64,000 nt of DNA from Candidatus Alloenteromonas pullicola (lineage in GTDB: Bacteria; Bacillota_I; Bacilli_A; RFN20; CAG-826). This document shows, piece by piece, positions 16,163-25,585 of this stretch; within the stretch, counting starts at the first letter, position 1; every line of letters begins with the position of its first letter. The notes beneath the pieces were generated by a model that was not told the origin of the DNA, ran no database searches, and worked only from the letters and a program-made list of their open reading frames with translations. The translations under genes were made by a program, and so were the position numbers. Location: positions 10,540 through 74,539 of the forward strand of contig DVMV01000018.1 of NCBI GenBank assembly GCA_018714785.1, read 5' to 3'.

Positions 16163-17743
16163 CTACTCGGCTATCGAGATGGCGATATTGTCGACTGTGC
16201 AGTTGAGGTTGCGGGAGAGGAACGAGCCATAGGCTATTCCCGAGTATCCGTCTTGCCAGTTGTGGGTGAAATCAAGCAACACGGTTTCGCCGCTTGATAT
16301 GACGATCCTCGTATCCTGGCCGTTCTCGGTCATTAGCCTGGTGGCCTCGACGTGGTACGTCTGATCGACCTCAATCCTCACCCCATCAGCGTAGGGCTGG
16401 ACCCCGGTGCCGATCCCGGCGGGGAGATCGGCGTTGTTGTTCCATCCGGTGAATCCGGCCCCGAACTCGGAAATGACGTAGGCCCTGGATTCGGCCACGG
16501 GGTTCGAATAGCGGTTGATGTTGAACACCAGCGAGGGCATCCCATCGGTCCCGCCCCACGACTGAACCGTGAGGTCGAAACTGACGGTCGCCTGCTTGTT
16601 CGCCGGCAAGGTGAAGGCGTCGCCGATCGACTTGGCCCCGAAGTCCTTCGGGTTGGTCGCCGCCCCTTCGTCGGCTCCGGAGAATACGACCTTCTTTCCT
16701 TGTTCGGAGACCGTCACGTGATTCGGATCGGTCGGATACAGGGTCTGCTTGGCGGCATCGGTGGATAAGAAGGCGCCTATCTCCTCGGCGTCGGTGGTGA
16801 TGCTCATCTCCGAGACGTCTACCTTGCACTGGCCAACGAGGATGGCGGGCAGGGTGTCGACCGCGGTCAGGTCGAGGTAGTTGCTCTCCATCCAGAACAG
16901 CTCGCCGTTGATGAAGTAGTAATAGAGGTCGCCGCTCCTTATCGAGGTGAGCTCGATCGGCTGCGTCCAATCAAACGAGGATAGGCCATGGTGGTTCCAT
17001 ATCTGGCTGCGGTCGGTGGTCTCGCCCCAGACGACCTCGCCGTTGGATTTGATGTCCATGACGACGGTCTTCGGGGCGGTGAAGTTGGCCCCGGGGGACA
17101 GCATCATGCCGTGGAAGGTCCCGTTGTCCTCGTTCACGTGCCCGAGGGAGACGCGGCTCCAGGTGTCGGTGCCGCTGGGGTTGGTGATCAAGAACTTGGC
17201 CTTCATCATGTATTCCTTCCCCTTGACCCCGCGGAAGGCCGCATAGCCATTCTGACCCTCGATGTTGGTTAAGGTCGGGGTGGCGGAATATAGCCCCTCG
17301 TAGTCCCAGACGGTCGGGTTGACCGCGGTGTCGAGGATGGTGTCGACGACGTCGATCTCGATGGTGTCGAAGACCGTTTCGTCCTCAACCAGGTAGGCCT
17401 TGATGGTGGCCTTCCCGGCGGCAAGCCCGGTCACCAGCCCGGTCTCGGAGACCGAGGCGGCCTCCCCCTCGACCGAGTAGGCGACGGTGCCGTTCTCGGC
17501 GTTGACCTCAAGCTGCAGCGTCTTGGTGACGAAGATGGAGGTCGGCTCGGTGACGATCTCGATGCTCCTGTTCACCGTGGTTGACGTGCCGGTCGAGGTC
17601 TCGTCCGGGGTGGTGGCGGTATTGGTCGACTCATCGGTCGAGGGAGGGGTCTGGGTGGTTGTTCCGGAGGTCCCGGATGGCCCGCAGGCGGCGAGCAAGG
17701 CGGAGGCGGCTAATAGCGTCAGAAGGGTTGTTTTCCTATTCAT
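16163..17743 (-). CDS. Surface lipoprotein: S/T-rich linker, BIG2 (bacterial Ig-like group 2) domain, C-terminal uncharacterised beta-rich domain
   Basis: Signal peptide plus LAAC lipobox; BIG2-like TVAYSVEGEAASVSETGLVTGLAAGKATIKAY; C-terminal domain paralogous to the next gene. Confidence 0.6.
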   Translation of the reverse strand: MNRKTTLLTLLAASALLAACGPSGTSGTTTQTPPSTDESTNTATTPDETSTGTSTTVNRSIEIVTEPTSIFVTKTLQLEVNAENGTVAYSVEGEAASVSETGLVTGLAAGKATIKAYLVEDETVFDTIEIDVVDTILDTAVNPTVWDYEGLYSATPTLTNIEGQNGYAAFRGVKGKEYMMKAKFLITNPSGTDTWSRVSLGHVNEDNGTFHGMMLSPGANFTAPKTVVMDIKSNGEVVWGETTDRSQIWNHHGLSSFDWTQPIELTSIRSGDLYYYFINGELFWMESNYLDLTAVDTLPAILVGQCKVDVSEMSITTDAEEIGAFLSTDAAKQTLYPTDPNHVTVSEQGKKVVFSGADEGAATNPKDFGAKSIGDAFTLPANKQATVSFDLTVQSWGGTDGMPSLVFNINRYSNPVAESRAYVISEFGAGFTGWNNNADLPAGIGTGVQPYADGVRIEVDQTYHVEATRLMTENGQDTRIVISSGETVLLDFTHNWQDGYSGIAYGSFLSRNLNCTVDNIAISIAE

Positions 17744-17759
17744 TTGCGTTTCCTTTCGT

Positions 17760-19595
17760 CTAATTCAGCGAGGAGGTGAACTCCAGGTTGGCGATGTCGG
17801 CGGAGGTGTATTCGCCGCCTACCCAAAGCAGGTAGGACCCGGTGTAGCGGGAGGTCATCTCGACGTATTGGTTGGACTTGATGTCGAAGTTCACCTCATT
17901 GCCGTCGACGTACATCTTGAAGTAGGAGATGTTGTCCTCGATGGTCCGGGTGATCTTGATGTGGTGGGTTCCGGTCAGCTCATCGGCAACTTTGGATGAG
18001 GATTCCAGATAGGAGGTGGCGGCCATGGGGTCGTCCATCGAAAGCTGATAGTTCCAGCTGGCGAAGCGGGCGACGATGTTCTGGTTGTCGGGCTGGACGG
18101 CGGATTTGCCAATCAGGAAAGACTCGACGTTGTCGGCGGAGTCGTAGCGGGAAAGGCCGATGTTTAGCCCGGTGAACCCGGCGGTGTGGGCGGGGTTGAG
18201 GACGGCATTGGAGATGTCGAACTCGATGGTGAAGTCGCCAAGCAGCATCGCCTTGTCCCCAAGCGAGCTGACCTTGTTGTCCTTGCACAGGACGCTGTTG
18301 GAGATGAAGGAGAACGAGGAGTCGTCCTCGTATCGGACGATCTCCGGGTTGGAGGCATAGAAGGATTTGGCGTAGGCCGGGGAGGAGAGCTTCTCCTCGA
18401 TGAGGGCCATGTCGGTGGACACCGAGTAGCCGGTCACGACGCAGGGGATGTCGACCGATACCAGTATCGGCATGGTGGGTATCCCCTCGTATTTGGTGGA
18501 GTTGTCGTACCACATGACCTTGTCGTTGATGAGCCAGTAGTGCTCATTGCCGTGCCGCAGCATCCCCATCTTCACCTCGGAATTGAGGTAGTCGATCTCG
18601 TTGAGGCCGTTCTGCCCCCAGACCTGGCTGCGGGTGGTGATGGCCGGCCAGGATTCGTTGGGCAGGTCCTTTACTATCTGCTTGTTGTAGTCGTTGCCCT
18701 GCCCATCGACCCGCGGGGAGAAGATGAAGTAGCGCGTGTCGGATTCGGAAAGGCCAGACCCAAGACCAATGCCCTGCCATACCCAGCTGGAGGTGATGGC
18801 GGTTATCTTAAAGCTCGCCTCGACGTAGTAGTTCTCCGATTTGACGTGGGCGAAATAAAGCGAATGGTAGCCGGTCGGGGTGTCCGCTGGCAGCTCGACC
18901 TTCGGATCGGAGGCGTCGGCCTGCTTGGAGATGTCCCAATACGGCGAACCCTGGTTGGAGTAGAAGATGCCCTCGCTCACGGTGAACGTCGCCTCGTCGA
19001 GCACGGTTGGCGTGTCTTTGCTCTTGGCGGTTATCGTGACCTCGCCCTCGGAGAGGAAGGAGACCAATCCGGTCGCGTCGACGGTGGCCACCTCCTGATT
19101 GGAGGAGGACCAATCGACCAGCGAGCTGGCATCCTCCGGCAGCACCTCGACGCCAAGCTGCAGGTCCTCGCCGACCCACTGCTGGCGCTCATCGGCTCCG
19201 GAGATCGTGACTGAGGTGGCCGATGGGGCCCCGAGGACGGTGACGTTTATCGAGGCCTTGCAGGCCGGCTCGATGGCCAATGAGGCGGTGATGGTGACCT
19301 CGCCTTCCTTAAGCCCGGTCACCAATCCGCGGTCTGATACCGAGGCTATCTCCTCATCGGAGGATGACCAGATGACGTCCTTCTCCGTGGTCCCGGTTAC
19401 CGATGAGCGGAGCTGGACGGTGTTGGAAACGGTGATCGTGGTCGACCCGATGGCCTGCACGGTGACCCGATAGTCGCCGGTATAGACCGAGGTCGAGGAT
19501 GTGGATTCGCTGCCGCCGTGTTCTCCACCGCAGGCCACCAATCCGGTGAGCCCGAAGGCCGCGGCGAGCAGCAGCGCAATGTTCTTAGCTTTCAT
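17760..19595 (-). CDS. Surface lipoprotein with two BIG2 domains and paralogous C-terminal domain
   Basis: Lipobox LVAC; two BIG2-like repeats (ASVSDRGLVTGLKEGEVTITAS; ATVDATGLVSFLSEGEVTITAK); C-terminal region similar to 16163..17743 (SQVWGQNGL, HYWLINDKVMWYDNS). Confidence 0.6.
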   Translation of the reverse strand: MKAKNIALLLAAAFGLTGLVACGGEHGGSESTSSTSVYTGDYRVTVQAIGSTTITVSNTVQLRSSVTGTTEKDVIWSSSDEEIASVSDRGLVTGLKEGEVTITASLAIEPACKASINVTVLGAPSATSVTISGADERQQWVGEDLQLGVEVLPEDASSLVDWSSSNQEVATVDATGLVSFLSEGEVTITAKSKDTPTVLDEATFTVSEGIFYSNQGSPYWDISKQADASDPKVELPADTPTGYHSLYFAHVKSENYYVEASFKITAITSSWVWQGIGLGSGLSESDTRYFIFSPRVDGQGNDYNKQIVKDLPNESWPAITTRSQVWGQNGLNEIDYLNSEVKMGMLRHGNEHYWLINDKVMWYDNSTKYEGIPTMPILVSVDIPCVVTGYSVSTDMALIEEKLSSPAYAKSFYASNPEIVRYEDDSSFSFISNSVLCKDNKVSSLGDKAMLLGDFTIEFDISNAVLNPAHTAGFTGLNIGLSRYDSADNVESFLIGKSAVQPDNQNIVARFASWNYQLSMDDPMAATSYLESSSKVADELTGTHHIKITRTIEDNISYFKMYVDGNEVNFDIKSNQYVEMTSRYTGSYLLWVGGEYTSADIANLEFTSSLN

Positions 19596-19615
19596 TTATT
19601 GCTCCTTTCGCGATT

Positions 19616-21058
19616 TCAAAAGCCGATTCTCTCCCCGCTTAGGAGATCGAATAGATGGATCGCGCCGATGTCGAAGCATAGGCGCAGACTTCCCTTGTTT
19701 TCCTTAAGCTGCCCTCCTTCCGTTCTCATCTGTATTTCCTTTCCCTGCGCTTGCAGGTGAATGATCAGCTCGCTGCCGAGCACCTCGACCAGCCCATAGG
19801 GGAGCTCGAATGGCTCGCTTGGCTTGCTGGCCCGGCTGTCGCCTTCAAGGCGGAAAGCCTCTGGCCGAAGCCCGACGGCGACCTCATAGGTGCCTTGCTC
19901 GATCATGCGCTGGTATTCCTCGGCCATCTCGGCGAGGCGGGACAAGGCCTCCTGCTTCCTCTGCTGCAGCGGGTCGGCCTTCTTCTTCCCCAGCTCGCGA
20001 AGCCTGGAAAGTAGCGCAATCCCCTTCTTCTTCGGTTTGGCGATTTCCTCTTTTTTGACGTAGATCTGCGCGCTTTCCATCCTCGATAAGGCGGAAATGG
20101 TCAGCGATTCCGGATTGTCCAGATACCCTTTTATCTCGGCTAGCTTCCCCAGCGCCTTGTTCCGAGCTTCCATGGCCAAAGCGCCGTCTACCTCGACGTC
20201 GGGCAATCCTTGGATGGATAGCTTCCCGCCGGATAAATTGCCGCGCAGGATGTTCATCGCCGGCGAGCCGATGAAGGTCGCCACGAACAGGTTGGCCGGA
20301 TGGTCGTATAGGTCAAGCGAGGTCCCGGCCTGCTGGATGACGCCTTTGTTCATGCAGACGATGAGGTTGGCCATGGTCATGGCCTCGGTCTGGTCGTGGG
20401 TGACGTAGATGGTGGTCGCCCCGACCTCGCGGTGGATCCTCACGATCTCGCTCCGCATCTGGACGCGGAGCTTGGCGTCGAGGTTGGAAAGCGGCTCGTC
20501 CATCAGGAAGAGGTTGGACTGCCTGACTATCGCCCGGCCGAGGGCGACGCGCTGCATCTGCCCGCCGGAGAGCTCCTTCGGCTTCCTGTCCAAATAGGGG
20601 CCGAGCCCGAGGATGTCCGCGGCCTTGTAGACCCGCTCCTCGATCTCCGCTTTAGGGACGTGCCTTATCTTCAGCCCGAAGGCGATGTTGTCGAAGACGT
20701 TCATCTGGGGGTAGAGGGCGTAGTTCTGGAAGACCATGGCGATGTCGCGGTCCTTCGACGGCAGGTAATTGGAATAGACCTTGTCGATGAACAGCTCGCC
20801 CGAGGTGATGTCCTCCAGCCCCGCGATCATGCGGAGGGTCGTGGACTTGCCGCACCCAGAGGGCCCGACCAAGGCCACGAAGTCGTGCTTGTTGACCTCG
20901 AGGTTGAAGTCGAACACAGCCTGGACGCCGTTGGGGTATACCTTGTCGATGCCGCGCAGGCTCACGAAGGACTCGATCGACTCGTCCTTCAGCTTGCCGC
21001 CGAGGGCGTTAAGCTCCTGCTTGGCCTGTTTCCTATCGATTTTTCTTTTGATGTCCAT
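19616..21058 (-). CDS. msmK: Sugar ABC transporter ATP-binding protein (MsmK/MalK type) with N-terminal extension and ~100-aa coiled-coil-like insertion in the C-terminal regulatory domain
   Basis: Walker A GPSGCGKST, signature LSGGQMQRVALGRA, Walker B LFLMDEPLSNLD; 480 aa versus ~370 for typical MsmK. Confidence 0.85.
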   Translation of the reverse strand: MDIKRKIDRKQAKQELNALGGKLKDESIESFVSLRGIDKVYPNGVQAVFDFNLEVNKHDFVALVGPSGCGKSTTLRMIAGLEDITSGELFIDKVYSNYLPSKDRDIAMVFQNYALYPQMNVFDNIAFGLKIRHVPKAEIEERVYKAADILGLGPYLDRKPKELSGGQMQRVALGRAIVRQSNLFLMDEPLSNLDAKLRVQMRSEIVRIHREVGATTIYVTHDQTEAMTMANLIVCMNKGVIQQAGTSLDLYDHPANLFVATFIGSPAMNILRGNLSGGKLSIQGLPDVEVDGALAMEARNKALGKLAEIKGYLDNPESLTISALSRMESAQIYVKKEEIAKPKKKGIALLSRLRELGKKKADPLQQRKQEALSRLAEMAEEYQRMIEQGTYEVAVGLRPEAFRLEGDSRASKPSEPFELPYGLVEVLGSELIIHLQAQGKEIQMRTEGGQLKENKGSLRLCFDIGAIHLFDLLSGERIGF

Positions 21059-21067
21059 GTTGCCTCC

Positions 21068-21961
21068 TCAATGCTTGATGCCGGTCTGGGCGACGCCCTC
21101 GATGATCTTCGACTGGGCCAGTAGGTAGACGATGAAGATCGGGATCATGGCGATGACGGCCGAGGCCAAGGAAAGGGTTATGGCCTCATAGGATTCCGAG
21201 TTGTCGGAGATGACCTTCAGCCCATAGGCCAAGGTCCAGGTGGTCCTAGGGGCCGACCCGATGATCAGCTGCGCCCATTGCACGTCGTTCCAGGCGGCCA
21301 TGAAGCCGAATAGCCCCTGCACGAACAGCGCGCTTTTCCCAAGCGGCAGCACGATGCGGCGGAAGATGGCGAGGTTGCTCGCCCCGTCGAGCCTAGCGTT
21401 CTCGATCAGGTCATGCGGGATGGAGAGGAAGAACTGCCTTATCAGGAAAACCCCATAAACCCCGCCCAAAGACGGCGCGATCAACCCCATCAGGCTCTTG
21501 TAGAAGCCGAGCATGTTCATGTTGATCAGCTGGGGCGCGGTCGAGATGATGCCCGGGATAGTCATCGTCCCGATGAGGAAGTAGAAGATCCTGTTGGAGT
21601 ACTTGAAGTCGAGGAAGACGAAGGCATAGGCCGCCAAAGAGGCAATAAGCAAATAGAGCAAGGTTCCGCCGATGGCGACGATTAGCGAATTGAACAGCCA
21701 ATTCCAGATCGGGTAGTACTCGTTGGCCTGCGAGGGGATGAACTCGGTCTTGGAGAAGAGCTCGGCGTACCCATCGAAGGTGAAGGCGTCCCAGTTGGAG
21801 GGGAGGAAGCTCGACGCATGCAGGTTGAAGTCGTTGTAGTCGCGGAAGGACCCGAAGACGCCCCAGATGATCGGTAGCAGCATCAGCACCGACACCAATA
21901 GGAGTATCAGGAAGGCGATGAGCTTACCGGCGTTCCTTCCAAGCCATGTATCCCGACGCAT
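21068..21961 (-). CDS. Sugar ABC transporter permease (MalG-like)
   Basis: Multi-TM; EAA-loop motif ARLDGASNLAIFRRIVLP. Confidence 0.85.
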   Translation of the reverse strand: MRRDTWLGRNAGKLIAFLILLLVSVLMLLPIIWGVFGSFRDYNDFNLHASSFLPSNWDAFTFDGYAELFSKTEFIPSQANEYYPIWNWLFNSLIVAIGGTLLYLLIASLAAYAFVFLDFKYSNRIFYFLIGTMTIPGIISTAPQLINMNMLGFYKSLMGLIAPSLGGVYGVFLIRQFFLSIPHDLIENARLDGASNLAIFRRIVLPLGKSALFVQGLFGFMAAWNDVQWAQLIIGSAPRTTWTLAYGLKVISDNSESYEAITLSLASAVIAMIPIFIVYLLAQSKIIEGVAQTGIKH

Positions 21962-22898
21962 GACGGTTGCCCCCTTTCCTTTCCTTGGTGCAGACGAACT
22001 GGACTATCGATATGCCGATGATGATGACGCCGAGGCATATCCCCATCGCGGCGGCGTAGCCATAGCCCTTGGATGACCCGAGCAGCATGTCCTGTATCCG
22101 GTAGACGGCGCTTTTCATGGCGTCCTGGTCCGGCGTGTTCGAGGCGAGGATGTATACCTGGCCATAGAGGTTCATGTAGCCGGTGAAGGTGGTGAACAGG
22201 CAAAGGAACAGCTGGTCCTTGATGCCGGGCAAGGTGACGTGGAGGAACCTCCTCCATGGCCCGGCCCCATCGGCCCCCGCCGCCTCGTATAGGCTCTTGG
22301 GCACATTCTGCAGCCCAGCGCAGAGGATGATGAAGTTGCCCCCTATCCCGCACCAGAGGCAGAACAGCCCGATCATGAACCAGGCGGTGGTCGGCGAGGC
22401 GAACCAGTCGACGCTCAGCCCGAAGAAGGAGTTGATCCACCCCGATTGATAGTCGAACATCTTCAGCAGGATCAAACCGGTGGCGGTAAGCGGGAAGATG
22501 CCGGGGAGATAGATGCAGGCCCGGAAGAACTTGTATAGCGGCGGCTTCATGTTGATGAGCAGCGCCAGCCCCAGCGGGATGAGTATCGATAGCGGCACGA
22601 TGACCAACGCGAATTTGATGGTGGTCCCCACCGCTCCCCAGAAGTCGGCCCTCAGGACCGGGTTGGTGAAGACGGCGGCGAAGTTGTCGAAGCCGACGAA
22701 GGAGGAGGGGAACATGCCCTTCCCGTCGAACCCCGACATCGACATCCCGATGCCGAGGGCGAGGGGGAAGATGAAGAACAGGGCGAAGCAAAGCGCGAAC
22801 GGGCCTAGGAAGGCGACTACGCTCCAGCCATCCTGGAGCAGCCTTCTCCGGCGCGACACGCCGCTGGCGTATTCTATGAGGCTAGTTTCCCTGTCCAT
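21924..22898 (-). CDS. Sugar ABC transporter permease (MalF-like)
   Basis: Multi-TM; EAA motif EAAGADGAGPWRRFLHVTLPG. Confidence 0.85.
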   Translation of the reverse strand: MDRETSLIEYASGVSRRRRLLQDGWSVVAFLGPFALCFALFFIFPLALGIGMSMSGFDGKGMFPSSFVGFDNFAAVFTNPVLRADFWGAVGTTIKFALVIVPLSILIPLGLALLINMKPPLYKFFRACIYLPGIFPLTATGLILLKMFDYQSGWINSFFGLSVDWFASPTTAWFMIGLFCLWCGIGGNFIILCAGLQNVPKSLYEAAGADGAGPWRRFLHVTLPGIKDQLFLCLFTTFTGYMNLYGQVYILASNTPDQDAMKSAVYRIQDMLLGSSKGYGYAAAMGICLGVIIIGISIVQFVCTKERKGGNRHASGYMAWKERR

Positions 22899-22903
22899 TT
22901 TCT

Positions 22904-24406
22904 TCAGCTGTAGAGTTGGATGTAGGCGATGCAGTCCTCGTATTCGCTATGCAGGATCGATTTGACCGGGGTGGACAGGAAATCCGAGGCGAGCGACTTC
23001 TGCAATGCGGATTTGAAATACTGGTCGACGTAGGAGTAGTTGACGGTCGGCTCGAAGACGACGTAGTCCGACGGGTCGCCCCAGTACTTGATGTATTCCT
23101 CATATGCCGGATCCTCGCGGTAGGCCGAGGAATTGGAAACCGAGGTCGCGGCGGGTAGATGCCCGCGCTTGGCCCAGTCGATGCCGCTGTAATAGGCCAT
23201 GTAGTCCATGAAGACGGTGGCGGCGCATTTCTTGGTCAGCGACTCGACCGTCGACATCAGCATGATGGCGTGGCCCTCGCCCTTGATCTTGTCGGCGTCC
23301 TCCGAGCTGGGGTCGGCGGCGAATAGCGAGGATAGGCTCCGGGTCGTGATGTTGCCGCTCCCGCCGTCGTTGCGCAGGAGGTTGTCGAAATCCGATTTAT
23401 CCTTGGCATAGACCCAGGGGCCCTGGAGCTTGAATATGGCGTTGCCGGTCAAAAACGGCGATTCGCCGACGTCGTAAGAGGAGCCGTAGTCCTTCGAAAG
23501 CGGGTGCTCGTTGCTCGACCCCGGAGTGGCATGGATCCAGTCGCGGAGCAGCTGCAGGCCGGTCGCGGCTTGCTCGCTATCCCAGGCTGGCATCCCCTCA
23601 TCGTCGATGAGCTCCGCCCCATTCTGTACGGCGGCGGTGTAGCCGACGAACTCGTGGACCCACATGTCGCCATAGGCGATGGGGAAGGCGGTGTAGGCCT
23701 CGGCCGTCGAGGCCTTGCGCCACTCGGTCGCGGCGTAGCCCTGCGAGTTCTCGCCCCTGATCCAGAGCTCGTTTTTGGCGGCCTTCTCGGCGGCGTCGTC
23801 GCAGATGGCAACCAGCTCGGCGTAGTTGGTCGGGATCTCGTAGCCGTTCTTCTCCAATATGTCGGTCCTCATCATGACGACCGCGGAGTGGCAGTCGATC
23901 GGCATCCCGTAGGCCTTGCCGTCCAAGGTCACCGCCTCCAGCAAGGAGGGGACGAAGTCCTGCTTGTCGAAGCTGACGCCGGACCTGGTGAAGTAATCGT
24001 CGACGGGCAGTATCCAGCCGCGCTGGTTGTACTCGGCCGCCCTCGAGCCGTGGTTGAAGAGCAGGTCGGGGGCCGACTGCCGGTCGAACTGCATCGTGGT
24101 GTTGAGAAGCTGCTCAAGGTCGTAGCGGGACGTGTGGGTCACCTCGACGTGGATCATGCCGTCGTAAAGCTCGTTGAAGGCTCCGACTATCTGGTCCTGG
24201 GTGGTGGCGTCGTCGCCGGTGGTGACCGACCACATGGTCAGGTTGACGCCCTCATAGACGATTTGGCCGTTGGAGTCGAATGTCAGGTCGCCGGTGTCGT
24301 TGGGGTCATACGAGGACTGGCTGCTGGTGCTGCCCCCGCATGAGGTTGCGGCGACCGCCGCCAGCGACAGGGCGGCGATGCTGATTGCTGCGTTGTGCTT
24401 TCTCAT
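22904..24406 (-). CDS. ABC transporter solute-binding lipoprotein (family 1 extracellular SBP)
   Basis: Signal peptide plus ATSC lipobox; ~500 aa, SBP-like composition; directly upstream of permeases. Confidence 0.75.
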   Translation of the reverse strand: MRKHNAAISIAALSLAAVAATSCGGSTSSQSSYDPNDTGDLTFDSNGQIVYEGVNLTMWSVTTGDDATTQDQIVGAFNELYDGMIHVEVTHTSRYDLEQLLNTTMQFDRQSAPDLLFNHGSRAAEYNQRGWILPVDDYFTRSGVSFDKQDFVPSLLEAVTLDGKAYGMPIDCHSAVVMMRTDILEKNGYEIPTNYAELVAICDDAAEKAAKNELWIRGENSQGYAATEWRKASTAEAYTAFPIAYGDMWVHEFVGYTAAVQNGAELIDDEGMPAWDSEQAATGLQLLRDWIHATPGSSNEHPLSKDYGSSYDVGESPFLTGNAIFKLQGPWVYAKDKSDFDNLLRNDGGSGNITTRSLSSLFAADPSSEDADKIKGEGHAIMLMSTVESLTKKCAATVFMDYMAYYSGIDWAKRGHLPAATSVSNSSAYREDPAYEEYIKYWGDPSDYVVFEPTVNYSYVDQYFKSALQKSLASDFLSTPVKSILHSEYEDCIAYIQLYS

Positions 24407-24418
24407 GTTCTTTCCTCC

Positions 24419-25585
24419 TTAGGAAGCTAGTACGCATGGCCCCACCACGCTTTGGCGGTAGCTGGGCCGCCTGCCCTCGACGTAAGGCATGCCGGTGCTT
24501 TCGTCGAAAAGCAGCTTGTCGATGAACAAAGTCCTCTCGGAAGGGTATTCCCCGTGGATGTCGAATCCGTGGTAGACGATCCAGTAGTCGCCGGCCATGT
24601 CCTTGACGATGGTGTTATGCCCGGTCCCGGCGACGTCCTCGCTCGGGCCGATCACGAGGTCGCCGTAGGTCCCCTCGCTTAGCTTTTCCCCGTCAGATCC
24701 CCGGTAAGTGCCGAGGAAATCGTCGGCTTTCCCGACCTTGACGCGGTAGGTTGAGGCGGTCCCGGAGCAGCAGGTCCCCTGGGAGCCGAAGTAGTACCAG
24801 GAGCCATCGATCTCGACGATGTATGACCCCTCGTAGTTGATGTCGATGTCCATGCTGCCGCCGGAGTTGTCCTCGACTATCCAGGTCAGGTTGTCCTTAA
24901 GGGCGGCTAGCCCGCAGTAAGGCTCGATCCCGTCGTCGGTGAGCCTGGTCGCGGCGATGCCGTAGAAGCTGCCCCACACCAGATACAGCTGCTCGCCATA
25001 GTAGATGGCCTGGGGGTCGATGGAGTTGCTTACCCCACTGGTCTCCGAGTCGAGCACCATCCCATAATGGGTCCAGGGGCCATATGGGGTCGGTGAGGTG
25101 GCGACCCCGATGCCGGGGTTCTCGTCGCCCCAAAGAGAAAGCGAGTAATAGTAGTTATAGGTGCTGCCGACCTTGATGACCGATGGGGCCCACACCCCCG
25201 CTTCCGGGTCGCCCCAGGACAATGCGTCGGGGTGGCCGTCGAACACCGAGCCGCACCAAGTCCAGTCGAGAAGGTTCCTCGAGCGGAAAATCGGGCCGCG
25301 GTCATAGGCGATCCCCTTGTCTCCCATCTCGCAGTAGGTGTTGGTGCAGTAAAGGTAGTAGTACCCATCGTCCCCGTATATGACGTCGGGGTCGGCGCAG
25401 GTGACGAAGTACTCAGAGCCGTCGGCTTTGTAGAACCTGAGGGGGTTCTGATATACGGTCGATTCGGTCTTGATCTCCGATGAGCTCGTCTCCTCGACCG
25501 GCGGCTCGGAGGCGGAAGACGAGTTAGACGGCGAGCAGCTGAGGCAGAAGGCCGATAACGCCAGCAGGAAATAGGCCTTATTCAT
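24419..25585 (-). CDS. Secreted glycoside hydrolase family 43 (lipoprotein-type signal)
   Basis: Signal peptide; CADPDVIYGDDGYYYLY and GVWAPS blocks typical of GH43 five-bladed propeller; tandem paralogue of next gene. Confidence 0.65.
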   Translation of the reverse strand: MNKAYFLLALSAFCLSCSPSNSSSASEPPVEETSSSEIKTESTVYQNPLRFYKADGSEYFVTCADPDVIYGDDGYYYLYCTNTYCEMGDKGIAYDRGPIFRSRNLLDWTWCGSVFDGHPDALSWGDPEAGVWAPSVIKVGSTYNYYYSLSLWGDENPGIGVATSPTPYGPWTHYGMVLDSETSGVSNSIDPQAIYYGEQLYLVWGSFYGIAATRLTDDGIEPYCGLAALKDNLTWIVEDNSGGSMDIDINYEGSYIVEIDGSWYYFGSQGTCCSGTASTYRVKVGKADDFLGTYRGSDGEKLSEGTYGDLVIGPSEDVAGTGHNTIVKDMAGDYWIVYHGFDIHGEYPSERTLFIDKLLFDESTGMPYVEGRRPSYRQSVVGPCVLAS

